A DNA stretch of 64,000 nt from Eledone cirrhosa (GCA_964016885.1 OZ024744.1:24676001-24740000), one strand, 5' to 3'. Numbered from the stretch's first letter, positions 11,601 through 23,649 are shown. Program-made: numbers and translations. Notes: generated by a model not told the origin, from the sequence alone.

Positions 11601-14388
11601 AATGTATTTATTAGCCACAAGGGCACAAAAGAAGGGGACAAATACAAATGGGGAGTTTACATACAGGGATATGAAAATAAAACTATTAATAAAATAACAA
11701 ATAACAATTGATATCCCCAATAGGTGGAGGCGTTACACAGGGGTTGTACACACCCCCACAAAAAATGTACAACCCTCATCTCCAGGAGCACAAAGATTGA
11801 GTACTCCCTTCCTCTCTTCCTCTTTTTCCTCAACCTACAGGCTTATATAGAGAGAAGGCCCAACCACTCGGGCCATCTTTGCCACATTCACCCACCTTTT
11901 ATAAAATTTGCTGGGGTACAGCACCTCTCTCTCCATCCTGATTCTTCTTCCAAAATGATATTTGAAGAAACGAATCAGTTGTTCGCCGGAGAGGAAGGTG
12001 TCTGACCTCAGCCCTTTTAACCTCGTCCACCATATAACCTCTTTCACCATAGCCATAACACATAGGAAAACCGCCTCTCCCTCGTTTTGAAGGAGGGTGG
12101 CGGTTTTATCATGACAATGGAATCGGTGGTCAACCGGATTGGTCCCACCCGCGACGATAGTCGTTCTACATAGCCCCACAGGTCTGTAACGCCCGAGCAG
12201 TGTACAAATGCGTGCGCGACGGTTTCCTCGTCGCGCACGCATCTCGGACAGATATTTTTCGAAGGGTCCCTACCCGGGCGCCCGTGTCTGTAGAGCTTGT
12301 CTCGAACTGGTAGAGCTCCTCGGTAGCACTGCCAGGCCAGGGACTTTTGGAAGTTGTCCATTGGTCCCGGGCGGAAGGTCCTACCAAACAGACTGGCCAG
12401 TTCGTCCTCCTCTACGCCCAGTGTTTCTCCGAGCGCGTCGTCGCACTTGCTGCGGACCAACCCTCTATAGAATGTCGAAGTGGAGTCTCCACTGACCGCC
12501 GGGTCCGTTTGCCAGAGGACTATGAGCGCCTGAGCACATTCGATGTGTCAGTCGCCCATTTTCCTCCTTCTTTACTTGACCCAGGACTGCAGCTCGGTCA
12601 GTGAGATGAGTCGTGGGAAGGCTCGCCTCACGAACGGGCCCACACCGGTTGTCTGGTGAGGAATACGTAAAGGTGCCGCAGCCTGAGCGCGTGTTTGCGC
12701 ATCGTCAGCCACGGCATCCCCAGCCCTCCGTTTGAAGAGTGTTGGCAGCAGATGGATCTTTCACCAAAGGAGCCCGTTTCTTCCAAAGGAATTGGAAGAG
12801 CGCGCGCTCTATTTTGGCGAGCGTTGTGGCTGTACAAGGCACGACGGTCAAGCGGTAGTAGATGACGGACGCTATGAAAGTGTTCGCCACCTCCGCTCGA
12901 CCTTTCAAGGATAGTTTGCACTCGGCCCACTTCTGGGTGAGTGCAAACACCTTGGCCGTCACCTCTTTCCAGTACTTTTCCACCTGGAGGTCCGGACCAA
13001 ACCAGACCCCGAACAGCTTTACCGGTCCTTCCGTCCAGCGTCCGACGACGCCATCGGATGGCATCGGTTTGCCTCTTCACGTTCCGAGTTGCAAATCGCT
13101 CCTGTGAACCTTTCGTACTCCTCCAGTAAGGTGCGGATCTCCTCGATTTGTGAGGTGCTCGACACCATTACTGTCACGTCGTCGGCGTAGGCCGACACCG
13201 CTTTTCGTAGTCCCGGTTCCAAAGGGATGCCCTGCAATAGCTCCAACTTCCGCAGTAGTGGCTCGAGAGTCAGTACGTACAGAAGGGAGGAGAGAGGGCA
13301 TCCCTGTCGGATGGATCGCGTGATATGGAACGACCCTTGAGCAGATGTTGCTGCTGTGCATTGCAGCAATCCAGCCCCTGAACACGGGTCCGAAGCCTGC
13401 CGCCTCGAACACCGCATCCAGGTAACGATGGTCAACTCTATCGAAAGCCTTAGACTGATCCAAGTTGATCAGGGCCCCACCGAAGCCGGGTTTACACCCT
13501 ACCCTCTCTATGATGTATCACATGAGGTGGAGGTTGTCGTGTATGGACCTGGTCGGGATTGCGCATGTCTGCGCTTCTCCCACCAGGTTTTCGACGACAA
13601 GCGCCAGCCTCTTTGCCAACACCTTGGCCAAAATCTGTAACTCTGTTTTGAGCAGAGTTATGTCATCCCCCTTGTTCTCGTCCTTGCTGACTAACATGAT
13701 TACGCCCTTGGTCACAGAACTGGGAATTCTCCCGTTCTGCTGCCAGTTGCAGTAAACCGCTTCCAGAAGACCGGAGAACAAGTCCGGCATACGTAAAATT
13801 CGTAGGGTAGACCGTCGAGACCTGGAGATTTGCGTTTGCCGCATTGACTTAGCGCGTCCTCTATCTCAGCGGCCGAAATCGGCCTTTCGCAGAAATTCGC
13901 CTCGCTGTCCGAGAGTCGCGGTAGGCCGTCGAGGTATGGACCGAAATCCATAGCCCCTCCCGGCGCGCAGCCCTGCCCGAACAGTTGAGCAAAGTGCTGT
14001 TGAAATGCCGCGCATATCTGCTTCGGCTAATGTATCGCGCGTCCGTCTTGGTCCTTCAAAGACCGAATCGTGGACTTGTTGCCACTTTTTGCCTCCGTCA
14101 CTCGGGCCCAGCTAACAGCTTTGGCTCCCTCGTTTCCCAGAGCACGTATTTTGCTTCTGACAACGCAGCCTTCATGCTTTGCGTCGAAGAACTGGTTCAA
14201 GGCCGTTCTCGTCGCTAGCACGCTGGCTGCGTTGCCACTCCTACGTGCTTTTCTACTTTATCTACCAGTTCCTTTTCGGTCTTATTTCTATCTAACACTA
14301 ATTCTTTACTAAAACCTATCGAGTCTAATATAACTGCCCTCTTGAGAGAGTACCACCATCTGTTGTTGAAAATGGCCCCCGTCTAGAG
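11601..14388 (-). mobile_element. 5'-truncated, frameshifted Tx1/L1-type LINE copy
   Basis: ORF fragments paralogous to the 14721-18158 protein (KSPGLDGLPYEF, DQSKAFDRVDH, SAYADDVTV, CPRC..ETVAHAFVHC); AATAAA near the 3' end (plus-strand tttatt 11607-11612). Confidence 0.85.
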
Positions 14389-14390
14389 AA

Positions 14391-14457
<67 letters not shown>
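14391..14457. repeat. (GATA)n microsatellite: tail of the full Tx1 copy and junction with the truncated copy
   Basis: Seen directly. Confidence 0.95.
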
Positions 14458-14458
<1 letters not shown>

Positions 14459-14720
14459 GTTTCTTTTATTTGCCACTAGGGCATCAAAAGTGGGACAAGT
14501 ACAAAGGGGGGAGTTTACACAAAAAGGCGTCCTCAATAAGGAGGAGGCAATAACAAAATATAAAAATAAAATAAGATATAACAAAAATAAAATTTTTAAC
14601 AAAATCCTCAATAGAGAGGAGGCGCCTTGGGGGGTCGCACACACCCCCGAAAAAAGTGTGCAACCCTTTTCCTCAGGAGCACAGAGAGGGGGTGCTCCCT
14701 CGTTCCTTCCTCTTTTCCAC

Positions 14721-17700
14721 CTACAGGTTTATGTAAAGAGAAGGCCCATTCACACGGGCCATTCTCGCCACTTTCACCCACCTTTCATAAAAACGACTGG
14801 GGTGCAGCACCTCTCTCTCCATCCTGATCCTTCTTCCGAAATGATATCGGAAGAAACGGACCAGTTGTTGGCCAGAGAGAAAGGTGCCTGACCTCAGTCC
14901 TTTCAGACGCGTCCACCATACAACCTCTTTCGCCATGGCTATTACGCACAGAAACACCGCCTCTGCTTCATCTTTGAAGGGGGGAGGCGGCTTGATCATT
15001 ACAATAGACTCGGTGGTCAACCGGATCGGTCCCACCCTTGACAGCAGTTGTTCGACATAGCCCCACAGATCGGCTACGCCCGAGCAGTGTACCAATGCGT
15101 GTGCAACGGTTTCCTCGTCGCACACGCATCTGGGACAGATCTTTTTGGCGGGGTCCCTACCCGGGCGCCCGTGTCTGTAGAGCCTTTCTCGAACGGGTAA
15201 AGCCCCTCGGTAGCACTGCCAGGCCAGGGACTTCTGGAAGTTGTCCATAGGTCCCGGGCTGAATGTCCTACCGAACAGGCTGGCCAGTTCGTCCTCCTCC
15301 ATGTCTAGGGCTTCTCCGAGGGCGTCGTCGCACCTGCTGCGTACCAGCCCTCTATAGAATGTTGCGGTGGAGTCTCCACTGATAACCGGATCCGCCTGCC
15401 AGAGGGCGGTGAGCGCCTGGGCACACTCAGTGTGCCAGGCGCCCAGTTTTCTCGGTCTTTGCTTGACCCAGGATTGCAGCTCGGTGAGTGAGACGAGTCT
15501 GGGAAAGGTTCGTCTCACAAACGAGGCCCACACCGGTTGTCCGGTGAGGAATACGTAGAGGTGCCGTAGCCTTAATGCGTGTTTACGCATCATTAGCCAC
15601 GGCATCCCCAGCCCTCCTTTCGAAGGGTGTTGACAGCAGATGGATCTTCTCACCATAGGAGCCCGCCCCTTCCAAAGGAATTGGAAGAGCGCGCGCTCCA
15701 TCTTGGTGAGGGTTTCCCTTGGGCAGGGCACTACGGTCAGGCGGTAGTAGATGACGGACGCTATATAAGTGTTCGCCACCTCCGCCCGACCTTTCAGGGA
15801 TAGTTTGCAACTGGCCCACTTCTGGGTCAGTGCAAACACCCTGTTCGTAACCTCCGCCCAGTTTTTCTCCACCTGGAGGTCCGGTCCGAACCAGACCCCG
15901 AGCAACTTCACCGGGCCCTCCGTCCAGCGTCCGACGACGCCATCGGAGGGCATCGGTCTGCCCCTCCACGTGCCGAGTTGCAAACCGATCGACTTGTCCC
16001 GGTTCAGCTTAGCCCCTGTGAACTTTTCGTACTCCTCCAGTAAGGTGCCGACCGCCTCGATTTCGGAGGCCGTCGACACCATTACTGTCACATCATCGGC
16101 GTAGGCCGACACCGCTTTCCGCAATCCCGGTTCCAAAGGGATGCCCTGCAACAACTCCAACTTCCGCAGTAGTGGCTCGAGAGTCAACACATACAGAAGG
16201 GAGGAGACAGGGCACCCTTGTCGGATGGACCGCGCGATTTTGAACGGCTCCGAGAGGTAGCCGTTCACCTTGACCCTAGAGCAGATGCGGCTGCTGTGCA
16301 TAGCAGTGATCCAGCCCCTGAAAACGGGTCCGAAGCCTGCCGCCGCTAGCACCGCATCCAGGTAACCATGGTCGACCCTATCGAACGCCTTAGATTGATC
16401 CAAGTTGATCAGAGCCCCACCAAAGCCGGGTTCGTTCCCAACCCTCTCTATGATGTATCGCATGAGGTGGAGGTTGTCATGGATGGACCTGGACGGGATA
16501 GCGCATGTCTGCGCATCTCCCACCAGGTTGCCCACGACAAGCGCCAACCTCTTTGCTAGCACCTTGGCCAAAATCTGTAACTCTGTATTTAGCAGTGTTA
16601 TGGGCCTGAAGTTACTTATTTCGTGCCCCTTGTTCTCGTCCTTCCTCACTAGCGTGACTACGCCCTTGGTCACAGTACAGGGAATTCTCCCGTTCTGTTG
16701 CCAGTTGCAGTAGACCGCCTCGAGGAGATCGGGGAACAAGTCCGGCATAGCTAGATATAATTCGTAAGGAAGACCATCGAGACCCGGGGATTTGCGTTTG
16801 CCGCATTGGCTCAGCACGTCCTCTATCTCAGCGGCCGAAATCAGCTCCTCGCAGGACTTCGCCTCCCTGTCCGAGAGGCGCGGCAGGCCGTCGAGGTATG
16901 GACCGAAGTCCACGTTCCCAACCGGCTCCCCGCCCCTCCCGAACAGTCGGGCAAAGTGCCTTTGAAAGGCCTCACACATCTGCTTAGGCTCAAGAATCGC
17001 CCGTCCATCCAGGTCTCGCAAAGACCGGATGGAGGATTTAGTTCCACTGTTGGCCTCTGTCACGCGGGCCCAGCTAACAGCTTTGGTCCCCTCGTTCCCT
17101 AGAGCACGTATTTTACTTCGGACAACGCAGCCTTCGTGCTTCGCGTCGAAAAACTGGCTCAAAGCCGTTCTCGACGCTAGCACTCTGGCCACGTCGCCGC
17201 TTCTAATTGCCTCTTCTACTCTATCTATTAGCTCCCTTTCCTTCCTATTCCTATCCGCAGCTAGAACCTTACTAAATTCTATCGAGACTACTCTAATCTC
17301 TCTCTTTAGAGATACCCACCACCTGCTGTTGACGATCGCTCCAGTCAACCGTTCCTTAACTAACGTACTAATCCGATTCCTGTAGGCTCTACTTGTCGGC
17401 AAGGACAAGTTGAGCTTCCAGTAACCGGGGCCCTGTCTATGAGTTCTGTCAAGGTTGACCATGCAGGTCACTAATTTGTGGTCTGAATAGCCAACCATGC
17501 GCATTTTTGGACAACTTAAAAAGTCCTTATCCTTAATTCTAACTAAGAACCTATCTAGGTACGACCTAGATGATCCGCTACGATTTGCCCAAGTCCAGGT
17601 TGGCGCAGTCGGAAAATCTAGTCGATATCTATCGGCCAGGTCAAATCGACCGATTAACCCTTTGAGGCTATTACACCCCTCTCTATCGGGGCAGGCCCCT

Positions 17701-18158
17701 ACGTAGTCCCAGCGTGCATCTAGGATACCATTCCAGTCCCCCACTAATAGCAAGGAGCGGGACGTCCCCAGAAAAGTCTCCAGACGATGGAAGAAGTCCG
17801 GCCGCATTGACCCGAAAGGGCCGTAGGCGGCTACCAACCTAAACGCTCCGCCTTTACCACTGCCAAGGTCCAGAACCACTAGTCGACCCTCCGGGTCCAA
17901 ATGTACCATCTGTGTTGCGAGACCCAGATGTTTTTGCAGCAGAACGACAACTCCACCCCCACCTCCGGGCTGACAGAGAGATGCGTGCATCTCAAAGTCA
18001 TCAAAGGTGGGGGCCAGCTGTCGCACGTTGCTGATCCGGGCCTCGCAAATAACCATCACATCTATACGTTGTGACCTGAGGTCATTTAGAAGCATTGCTT
18101 GCTTCCAAGTTGAGCCCGGGCCACGCGCATTTAAACAGCCTACTCTTAGCATAGCCAT
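14721..18158 (-). CDS. Tx1-type ORF2p: APE endonuclease, reverse transcriptase, C-terminal zinc finger
   Basis: Uninterrupted ORF; GCLNARG, GDWN, SYLDRF, SDHK (APE); WKLN; KSPGLDG, FRPITLLN, LDQSKAFDRVDH, IRQGCP, YADD (RT); CPRC...ETVAHALVHC. First ATG at 18158 (the track starts at an upstream GTG). Confidence 0.93.
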   Translation of the reverse strand: MAMLRVGCLNARGPGSTWKQAMLLNDLRSQRIDVMVICEARISNVRQLAPTFDDFEMHASLCQPGGGGGVVVLLQKHLGLATQMVHLDPEGRLVVLDLGSGKGGAFRLVAAYGPFGSMRPDFFHRLETFLGTSRSLLLVGDWNGILDARWDYVGACPDREGCNSLKGLIGRFDLADRYRLDFPTAPTWTWANRSGSSRSYLDRFLVRIKDKDFLSCPKMRMVGYSDHKLVTCMVNLDRTHRQGPGYWKLNLSLPTSRAYRNRISTLVKERLTGAIVNSRWWVSLKREIRVVSIEFSKVLAADRNRKERELIDRVEEAIRSGDVARVLASRTALSQFFDAKHEGCVVRSKIRALGNEGTKAVSWARVTEANSGTKSSIRSLRDLDGRAILEPKQMCEAFQRHFARLFGRGGEPVGNVDFGPYLDGLPRLSDREAKSCEELISAAEIEDVLSQCGKRKSPGLDGLPYELYLAMPDLFPDLLEAVYCNWQQNGRIPCTVTKGVVTLVRKDENKGHEISNFRPITLLNTELQILAKVLAKRLALVVGNLVGDAQTCAIPSRSIHDNLHLMRYIIERVGNEPGFGGALINLDQSKAFDRVDHGYLDAVLAAAGFGPVFRGWITAMHSSRICSRVKVNGYLSEPFKIARSIRQGCPVSSLLYVLTLEPLLRKLELLQGIPLEPGLRKAVSAYADDVTVMVSTASEIEAVGTLLEEYEKFTGAKLNRDKSIGLQLGTWRGRPMPSDGVVGRWTEGPVKLLGVWFGPDLQVEKNWAEVTNRVFALTQKWASCKLSLKGRAEVANTYIASVIYYRLTVVPCPRETLTKMERALFQFLWKGRAPMVRRSICCQHPSKGGLGMPWLMMRKHALRLRHLYVFLTGQPVWASFVRRTFPRLVSLTELQSWVKQRPRKLGAWHTECAQALTALWQADPVISGDSTATFYRGLVRSRCDDALGEALDMEEDELASLFGRTFSPGPMDNFQKSLAWQCYRGALPVRERLYRHGRPGRDPAKKICPRCVCDEETVAHALVHCSGVADLWGYVEQLLSRVGPIRLTTESIVMIKPPPPFKDEAEAVFLCVIAMAKEVVWWTRLKGLRSGTFLSGQQLVRFFRYHFGRRIRMEREVLHPSRFYERWVKVARMARVNGPSLYINL

Positions 18159-18182
18159 GTTGGTGGTGAAGAGAAAAGGCAC

Positions 18183-19980
18183 TTACCTCTCTGCGTCCCG
18201 GGTATCGGGCTGCACAATTTCCATTAGGGTGGGGGATGGGTTGTTGGGTGGGGTGGTGGTTTGTGGAAGTGTGGGGGCATCAGTGTGTTGTGTGGTTGGG
18301 GAGCTTGGAGTTGTGTGGGTGTTTGGGGAGGGGGTGGGATAGTTTTTTAGGAGGACGCGGTTAATGGGTCCGACGCAGGGGGGGCCCACGTCCTCTTTAA
18401 AATTGTTTTTTAAAGTTTTATAGGTGTCCTGTGGGGCCTTAATCATTTTGAGGTGGGGGAAATCCCCTGCCTGGGTGAAGTTAGGCCCTTGTGTTTTTAT
18501 TAGATTGTTGTTGTACACAATGTTTAACAGTTTTTTGTTTCTTGTATTTATGTATGTGTATGCATGTTTTTGTTTTTGTGTGGTGTTTTTTGTTTGCTGT
18601 TGTGAGCTCTTTTGTGTTGGTGTCAGTGTTATGTTTTGGGGAGGGTTTTTTTTCATTTGTGTGTCTGAGGTGTGTTTTCTTTTTTTTCTTTTGATTGTGT
18701 GGAAGTGCTCCTCCTCGTCTGACGACGAACTAGGGTCATCTTCCGCGTTGGAAGGGAGGGGTATATTTTCGGGTTGTGTTTGCGGTACGGGTGTTTTGGA
18801 AATTGTTTTTGTTTTTTGAGTGGAGGGGATGGGTTGGACATTGTTTTGTTTTGGTTTGAGCTGTGGTGGTTGTTTTTGTAGTGGTAGTTGTGGTGATTGT
18901 GTTGGTTGTGCAGTTGTTGGTGGTATAGGCAGGATTGGGGTTTTCTTATTAAGTTGGGGACAGACAGCCCTCAGGTGACCTCTGGTTCCGCAGAGGTAAC
19001 ACGAGGGCCGTCTACCCTCAACGGTAATGTTGATGAAGGTTAGATCATCCAGTATGACGCGTTCAGGGATCTGGGCGATCCTTTCGGGCCTCATTTGAAC
19101 TACAAATTCGAGGCTCGTTCCACTGAACGCGTCACCCGATGCCTTTCCCATGGACACCAGCATGTCATCCTCCAGGTCCAGAAAACCTGTCAAAACCCAC
19201 CATATGTTCATAATCGGCAGGATGGTGTGGATTTTTATTTTTTGTGTTCTTCTACCCATGTACGTAGGGTAGAAGGTGTATGCGGTGGATGTGATTGGTT
19301 TGATGGACAGTTTCACTGCTGTGTCCCTGTCCTTCATGAGAATGGATAGACTCCCGTAGAGTCTATCCTTCTGAATGAAGGTGATGTCCTTCATGACGTC
19401 TTTTAAAACCAGCTCTATCTCGCTCTGTGATGGTTGAGCTGGTTTTTTACTTTTGTTCGAGATTGTCCTAAACATGACCGTGTTTAGGAGTCTCTGGCTT
19501 TTTAGTTCCGGGGGGGGGGGGGGAATGGATTGTGAATGAACCATTTTCTCCGTACACTATATATTTTTTCGCATCCGCCAGTAGCTCCTTCGCTTTTGTT
19601 ATATCTACTGGCAGATAGTCGAGGGTTTTCCTTGTCATCTCGGCGAAGGAGAAATTTTGTTTGTTTGTGTTGTTGTTGTCGTTGGTGGTGTTGTTGTTAT
19701 CATTGTTGTTGTTGTCACCGTTATTGGTCTTGTTGTTGTTGTTATTGTTATTGTTATTGGTGTTGTTTTCGTCCGTCGCATTGTTGTTGTTGTTGCTGTT
19801 GCTGCTGGTTCTTTGGGTTGTTGCCATGGCAACGTCAAGTTGTCGGTTAACAGGTGGAGAGAATTCTTCCTCTGGCTGACCTTTCTTCTTGACCTCTGCT
19901 ACTGTGACAGTGGCAGGGGGAAGCTGTAAGTTCATCTTCCCCTTTCCTCCTTCGAATTTTGGTGAAGAAGCTTCGGCCAT
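18183..19980 (-). CDS. Tx1-type ORF1p (gag-like, CX2CX4HX4C knuckle), split by one frameshift at a C14 homopolymer (19510-19523)
   Basis: 19980-19468 (MAEASSPK..., Asn-rich) and 19544-18183 (CYLCGTRGHLRAVC; KRKKRK basic patch) overlap at the poly-Pro run. Confidence 0.8.
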
Positions 19981-20205
19981 TTAAAAAAATATTGACTTTT
20001 CAACAAGAAAAATTTTTTTTGTTTTGTTTAACTATTTCGCCTAAAGGCGTAGAATATTTTGAGAGACTGACCAGATCAAAGTTTGACCTGGCAGTCCCTC
20101 TACAAAATGGTACAAAAATTAAAGTTATCAGACAAGAATTTCTATAGAAATTTAAACAGAACTTACTCAGCAAGTTATACGCGTGTGTCCCTCCCAGAGA
20201 CAAAT

Positions 20206-20207
<2 letters not shown>

Positions 20208-20275
<68 letters not shown>
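20208..20275. repeat. (GATA)n microsatellite at the 5' junction of the full Tx1 copy
   Basis: Seen directly. Confidence 0.95.
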
Positions 20276-20276
<1 letters not shown>

Positions 20277-20655
20277 ATTTCTTTATTAGCCACAAAGGCA
20301 CAAAAGAAGGGGACAAATACAAATGGTGAGTTTACATACAGGTATATGAAAATAAAACTATTAATAAAATAACAAAGATATATTTCTTTATTTTAACAAA
20401 GATTGATAGACAGATAGATATCTTTCTTTATTTGCCACAGGGGCGTACAAAAATGGGACATTACAAGACGGGACGGCGGGGGTTTTACATAAAAATAACT
20501 ATATATAATAAAATATCAATTGAAATCCCCAGTAGGGGGGAACGTTACTGCAGGGTTGTTTTACACCCCGTGGATAGAACAATCCTCAACACCAGGAACA
20601 CGTTTTGTAGGAGTTCCTGTCTTCCCTCTGTTTATCTTTTTTATCCCTCAATTTC
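20276..20655 (-). mobile_element. Two further short Tx1 3'-end fragments (20276-20376 and 20421-20655) separated by a short GATA run
   Basis: 20276-20376 is near-identical to 11601-11700; 20421 onward is a diverged tttatttgccacagggg...ggacattacaa 3' UTR variant. Confidence 0.7.
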
Positions 20656-20789
20656 TGTGTATAATGTCAATTACGATTTTATTTGACGTATCATATCTAC
20701 ATGCATATATATTTGCTTATAATATCAATATACACACTACACATGCTAGCAGAAAACCACCCGAAGGGTAGTTTTTCTGCTAGTAAGCT

Positions 20790-20886
20790 TTAACCCTTTA
20801 GCATTTAAACCGGCCATATCCAGCCAGAATTCTCTCACAACAACAACAACAACAACAACACCACCGACAACAACAACAACAATATC

Positions 20887-20952
<66 letters not shown>

Positions 20953-21010
20953 AACAGCAAGAAGAAGAAGAAGAAGAAGAAGAAGAAGAAGAAGAAGAAG
21001 AAGAAGAAAA
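20790..21010. repeat. Probable MITE/DNA-transposon end (ttaaccctttagcatttaaaccggccatatc) followed by (CAA)n(GAA)n
   Basis: Microsatellites seen directly; the MITE call rests on recalled octopus repeat termini. Confidence 0.4.
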
Positions 21011-21034
21011 AAAAAATGTAGAATCAAATATTTA

Positions 21035-21202
21035 TATCCGGTGTACAGTACGTATCCCTTATTTTGGAGGAGAAAAAAAACGTTTGTAAAAAAGTTATTG
21101 TAAAATCTATTATTTCTGTTCGGCGTATAGGGTGCAGCAGGATTTTACGCGAATTTTTTGTTTTTTAGAAAAAGTGCGCCTTATGCACCGAAAAATGCGA
21201 TA
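21035..21202 (-). mobile_element. Possible pogo/Tigger-like MITE terminal region
   Basis: gtgcgccttatgcaccgaaaaatgcg resembles the reverse complement of Tigger-type TIRs (CCGTATTTTTCGGTGTATAAGGCGCAC). Confidence 0.35.
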
Positions 21203-21941
21203 ATCGCCGTTAAAAACTTTGACTTTGATCGCCGTAAAAAACTTTGACTTTGATCCTTTCTAGGTCGATAAATAAAGTACAAGTCATTGGAGTGGTGGAG
21301 TGGTGAAATTATTTTTTAAAATGTCAGGCAGAATGTTCCACTAAGTTCAACTTTGCTTTTCATCCTTTCTGGATCGATAAATAAAGTACGAATCCATGAG
21401 AGATGGATCGGTAAAATTGTTAAAGAGTCAAACAGAATGATTTTCTGAGATAATCTCTGCCTCTCATTCTTTCTAAGTTGATAAATAAAGTACCACTCCA
21501 TGGACGGCAGCTTGTTAAAAGAATCAGACAATATTTTACAGTATCGGATCCGTCTATGTGTGTTCTGAATTCAAATTGTATCTCCACCTGCCAGGAATTA
21601 CGACCAGTAGATAGTTTCCTACTAATGGAAAGACCAAGATGATTGGCTCCGGTCCTTAATATCATACATTTGACACATCATCATGTCACCTATATCTATT
21701 AGTATATATTTATATATATAAATGCGCATATATATGTGTGTGCATACATGTATACATGTATATATATATAAAATTAGAATTTTAGGGTAATGACTCAAAA
21801 ACATGTTGATTGTTCCTCGATGCCAGTGTTGAACAAACGGATGACGATTGGTCATCGGGACAACACAGCTTTATTGGTCTGTTTGCTTACAAACGAATCG
21901 AATATTATTAATAATATTCGATATAACCCGTACGTACGTAT

Positions 21942-21975
<34 letters not shown>

Positions 21976-21998
21976 GTGTGTGTATATATGTGTGAGTG

Positions 21999-22032
<34 letters not shown>

Positions 22033-22239
22033 CGTATGCATACACAAAGAGTGGGTAACCGAGACAGATTTTTAAAATGTAAACATGTACGCATATATAT
22101 ATAAATTTGAGCGACTTCCATACATCCGTTCGTCCGTCCGTCTGTCCTTCCGTCACACACTAGAGATGAGTGAGGAAGGAAAGGGTGATGACGTCACACA
22201 CTAAAGATAACTGAAGAAGGAAGGGATGATGACATCACA

Positions 22240-23190
22240 TTATGAATATGGTAAACGACTTGGAGTGGTTGATCAGTTTGTCTACCTGGGAAGCACTGTC
22301 AATCGATACAGCAATCTTGATAATGAAATTCCACTCAGGATTAGGAAAGCAAGTGATGCTTTCGGAAAGCTAGAAAGGCGGATCTGGGGTCGGCGAGACA
22401 TATGCAAGAAGACAAAGGTAAAGGTGAACAAGGCATGTGTGCTCTCTTCTCTTCTTTATGCCTGCGAGACCTGGGTCACATATCGACACCACCTTAAGCA
22501 ATTGGAGCATTTCCATCAGATGTGTCTCAGACGGATCCATGGCGTTCACTGGAGGGACCACATCAGTGATGTCGGGATTTTGGAAAGCTCTGTGTGACAG
22601 TATAGAAGCTCTTGTGCTTAAGCAAAGATTCCGTTGGAGTGGTCACCTTGCCAGGATGAAGGATTCGAGAATACCGAAACAACTCTTTTATGGAGAATTA
22701 GTTAAAGGAAAACGACCGCCACATAAACCAAAAAGAGGTATAAGGATTCCTTGAAAGCCTCTTTGAAAGACGCTAACATCTCTGCTGATACATGGGAAAA
22801 TGTTGCTGATGATCGTAATAACTGGAGAAAAACTGTATATGAGAGGAAAGTTGCTTTTGGGGCATCTCGAATCGCATACGAGAAAGTAAAGCGGGGTGTG
22901 AGGAAGTGCATTGCTGTTGCATTTCCAGACAGCGAAGGTCCTTCTATGGTACTGACATGCAGCGTCTGTGTCAGATTCTGCCTAAGCAAAGCTGGACTTG
23001 AAAGTTATCTTCGCAGTCATAAAGTGAGACCACTGGTTGACTACCAGACTACTGTTGGAGCTGCTACTCATCATGTCTGCCAAGCACATGGAAGAGAGTG
23101 TAGACCAGCAGGAGGGCTCAAACGACATGCAAAAGTACATGAAATCCAACCAGACTCGATAGCGAGAGGGCAGCCATCATGTATGTATGT
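22240..23190 (+). pseudogene. RTE (BovB-like) LINE 3' fragment with two C-terminal C2H2-like fingers and (ATGT)n tail
   Basis: VDQFVYLGS, RIRKASDAFGKL, LLYACETW, RFRWSGHLARM..RIPKQLFYGEL, CSVCVRFCLSKAGLESYLRSH. Confidence 0.85.
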
Positions 23191-23334
23191 ATATTATGCA
23201 TATACATTTGTACATATATATATATATATGTGTGTGTGTGTGGTGTGTGTATGTGTGTGTGTGTGTTGGTGTGTGTCTGCGTGTGTGTATGTGTGTATGT
23301 AAATGTGTATTGTTGTATATAAATGCATATATTT

Positions 23335-23512
23335 GAAGGCGCATATTTTAGTGGTTAGAGCGTTTGGCTTACAATCGTGAGGTTGTGAGTTCTATTCACA
23401 GACTGGGCTCTATATTGTGTTCTTTAGACACTCTATTTCAGCTGTAGAAATGGGTTGTGACGTCACTAGTGCCAAGCTGCATCGGCCATCACATTTCCCT
23501 TGGACAACATCG
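23335..23512 (+). mobile_element. tRNA-headed SINE fragment (related 3' part at 48190-48300)
   Basis: tagtggttagagcg (A-box-like) and gagttctattc (B-box-like); cttggacaacatc shared with 48234-48245. Confidence 0.45.
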
Positions 23513-23559
23513 TATATATGGTGTATATATATGGTGTATATATATAGTGTATATATATA

Positions 23560-23649
<90 letters not shown>

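Larger units (their letters stand above)
14458..20200 (-). mobile_element. Near full-length Tx1/L1-group non-LTR retrotransposon (~5.7 kb)
   Basis: 5' UTR, ORF1 with CCHC knuckle, intact APE-RT ORF2, 3' UTR with AATAAA, (ATCT)n at both ends. Confidence 0.92.

Noticed and set aside
12628-17706. Antisense and alternative-frame ORFs overlapping Tx1 ORF2
   Set aside because: Expected shadow ORFs in GC-rich coding sequence; no motifs.
11601-20655. Telomeric retrotransposon array
   Set aside because: No (TTAGGG)n or (TTAGG)n tracts, and the array is internal to the window.
23340-23410. tRNA gene
   Set aside because: A/B-box-like motifs only, no complete cloverleaf; best read as a SINE head.
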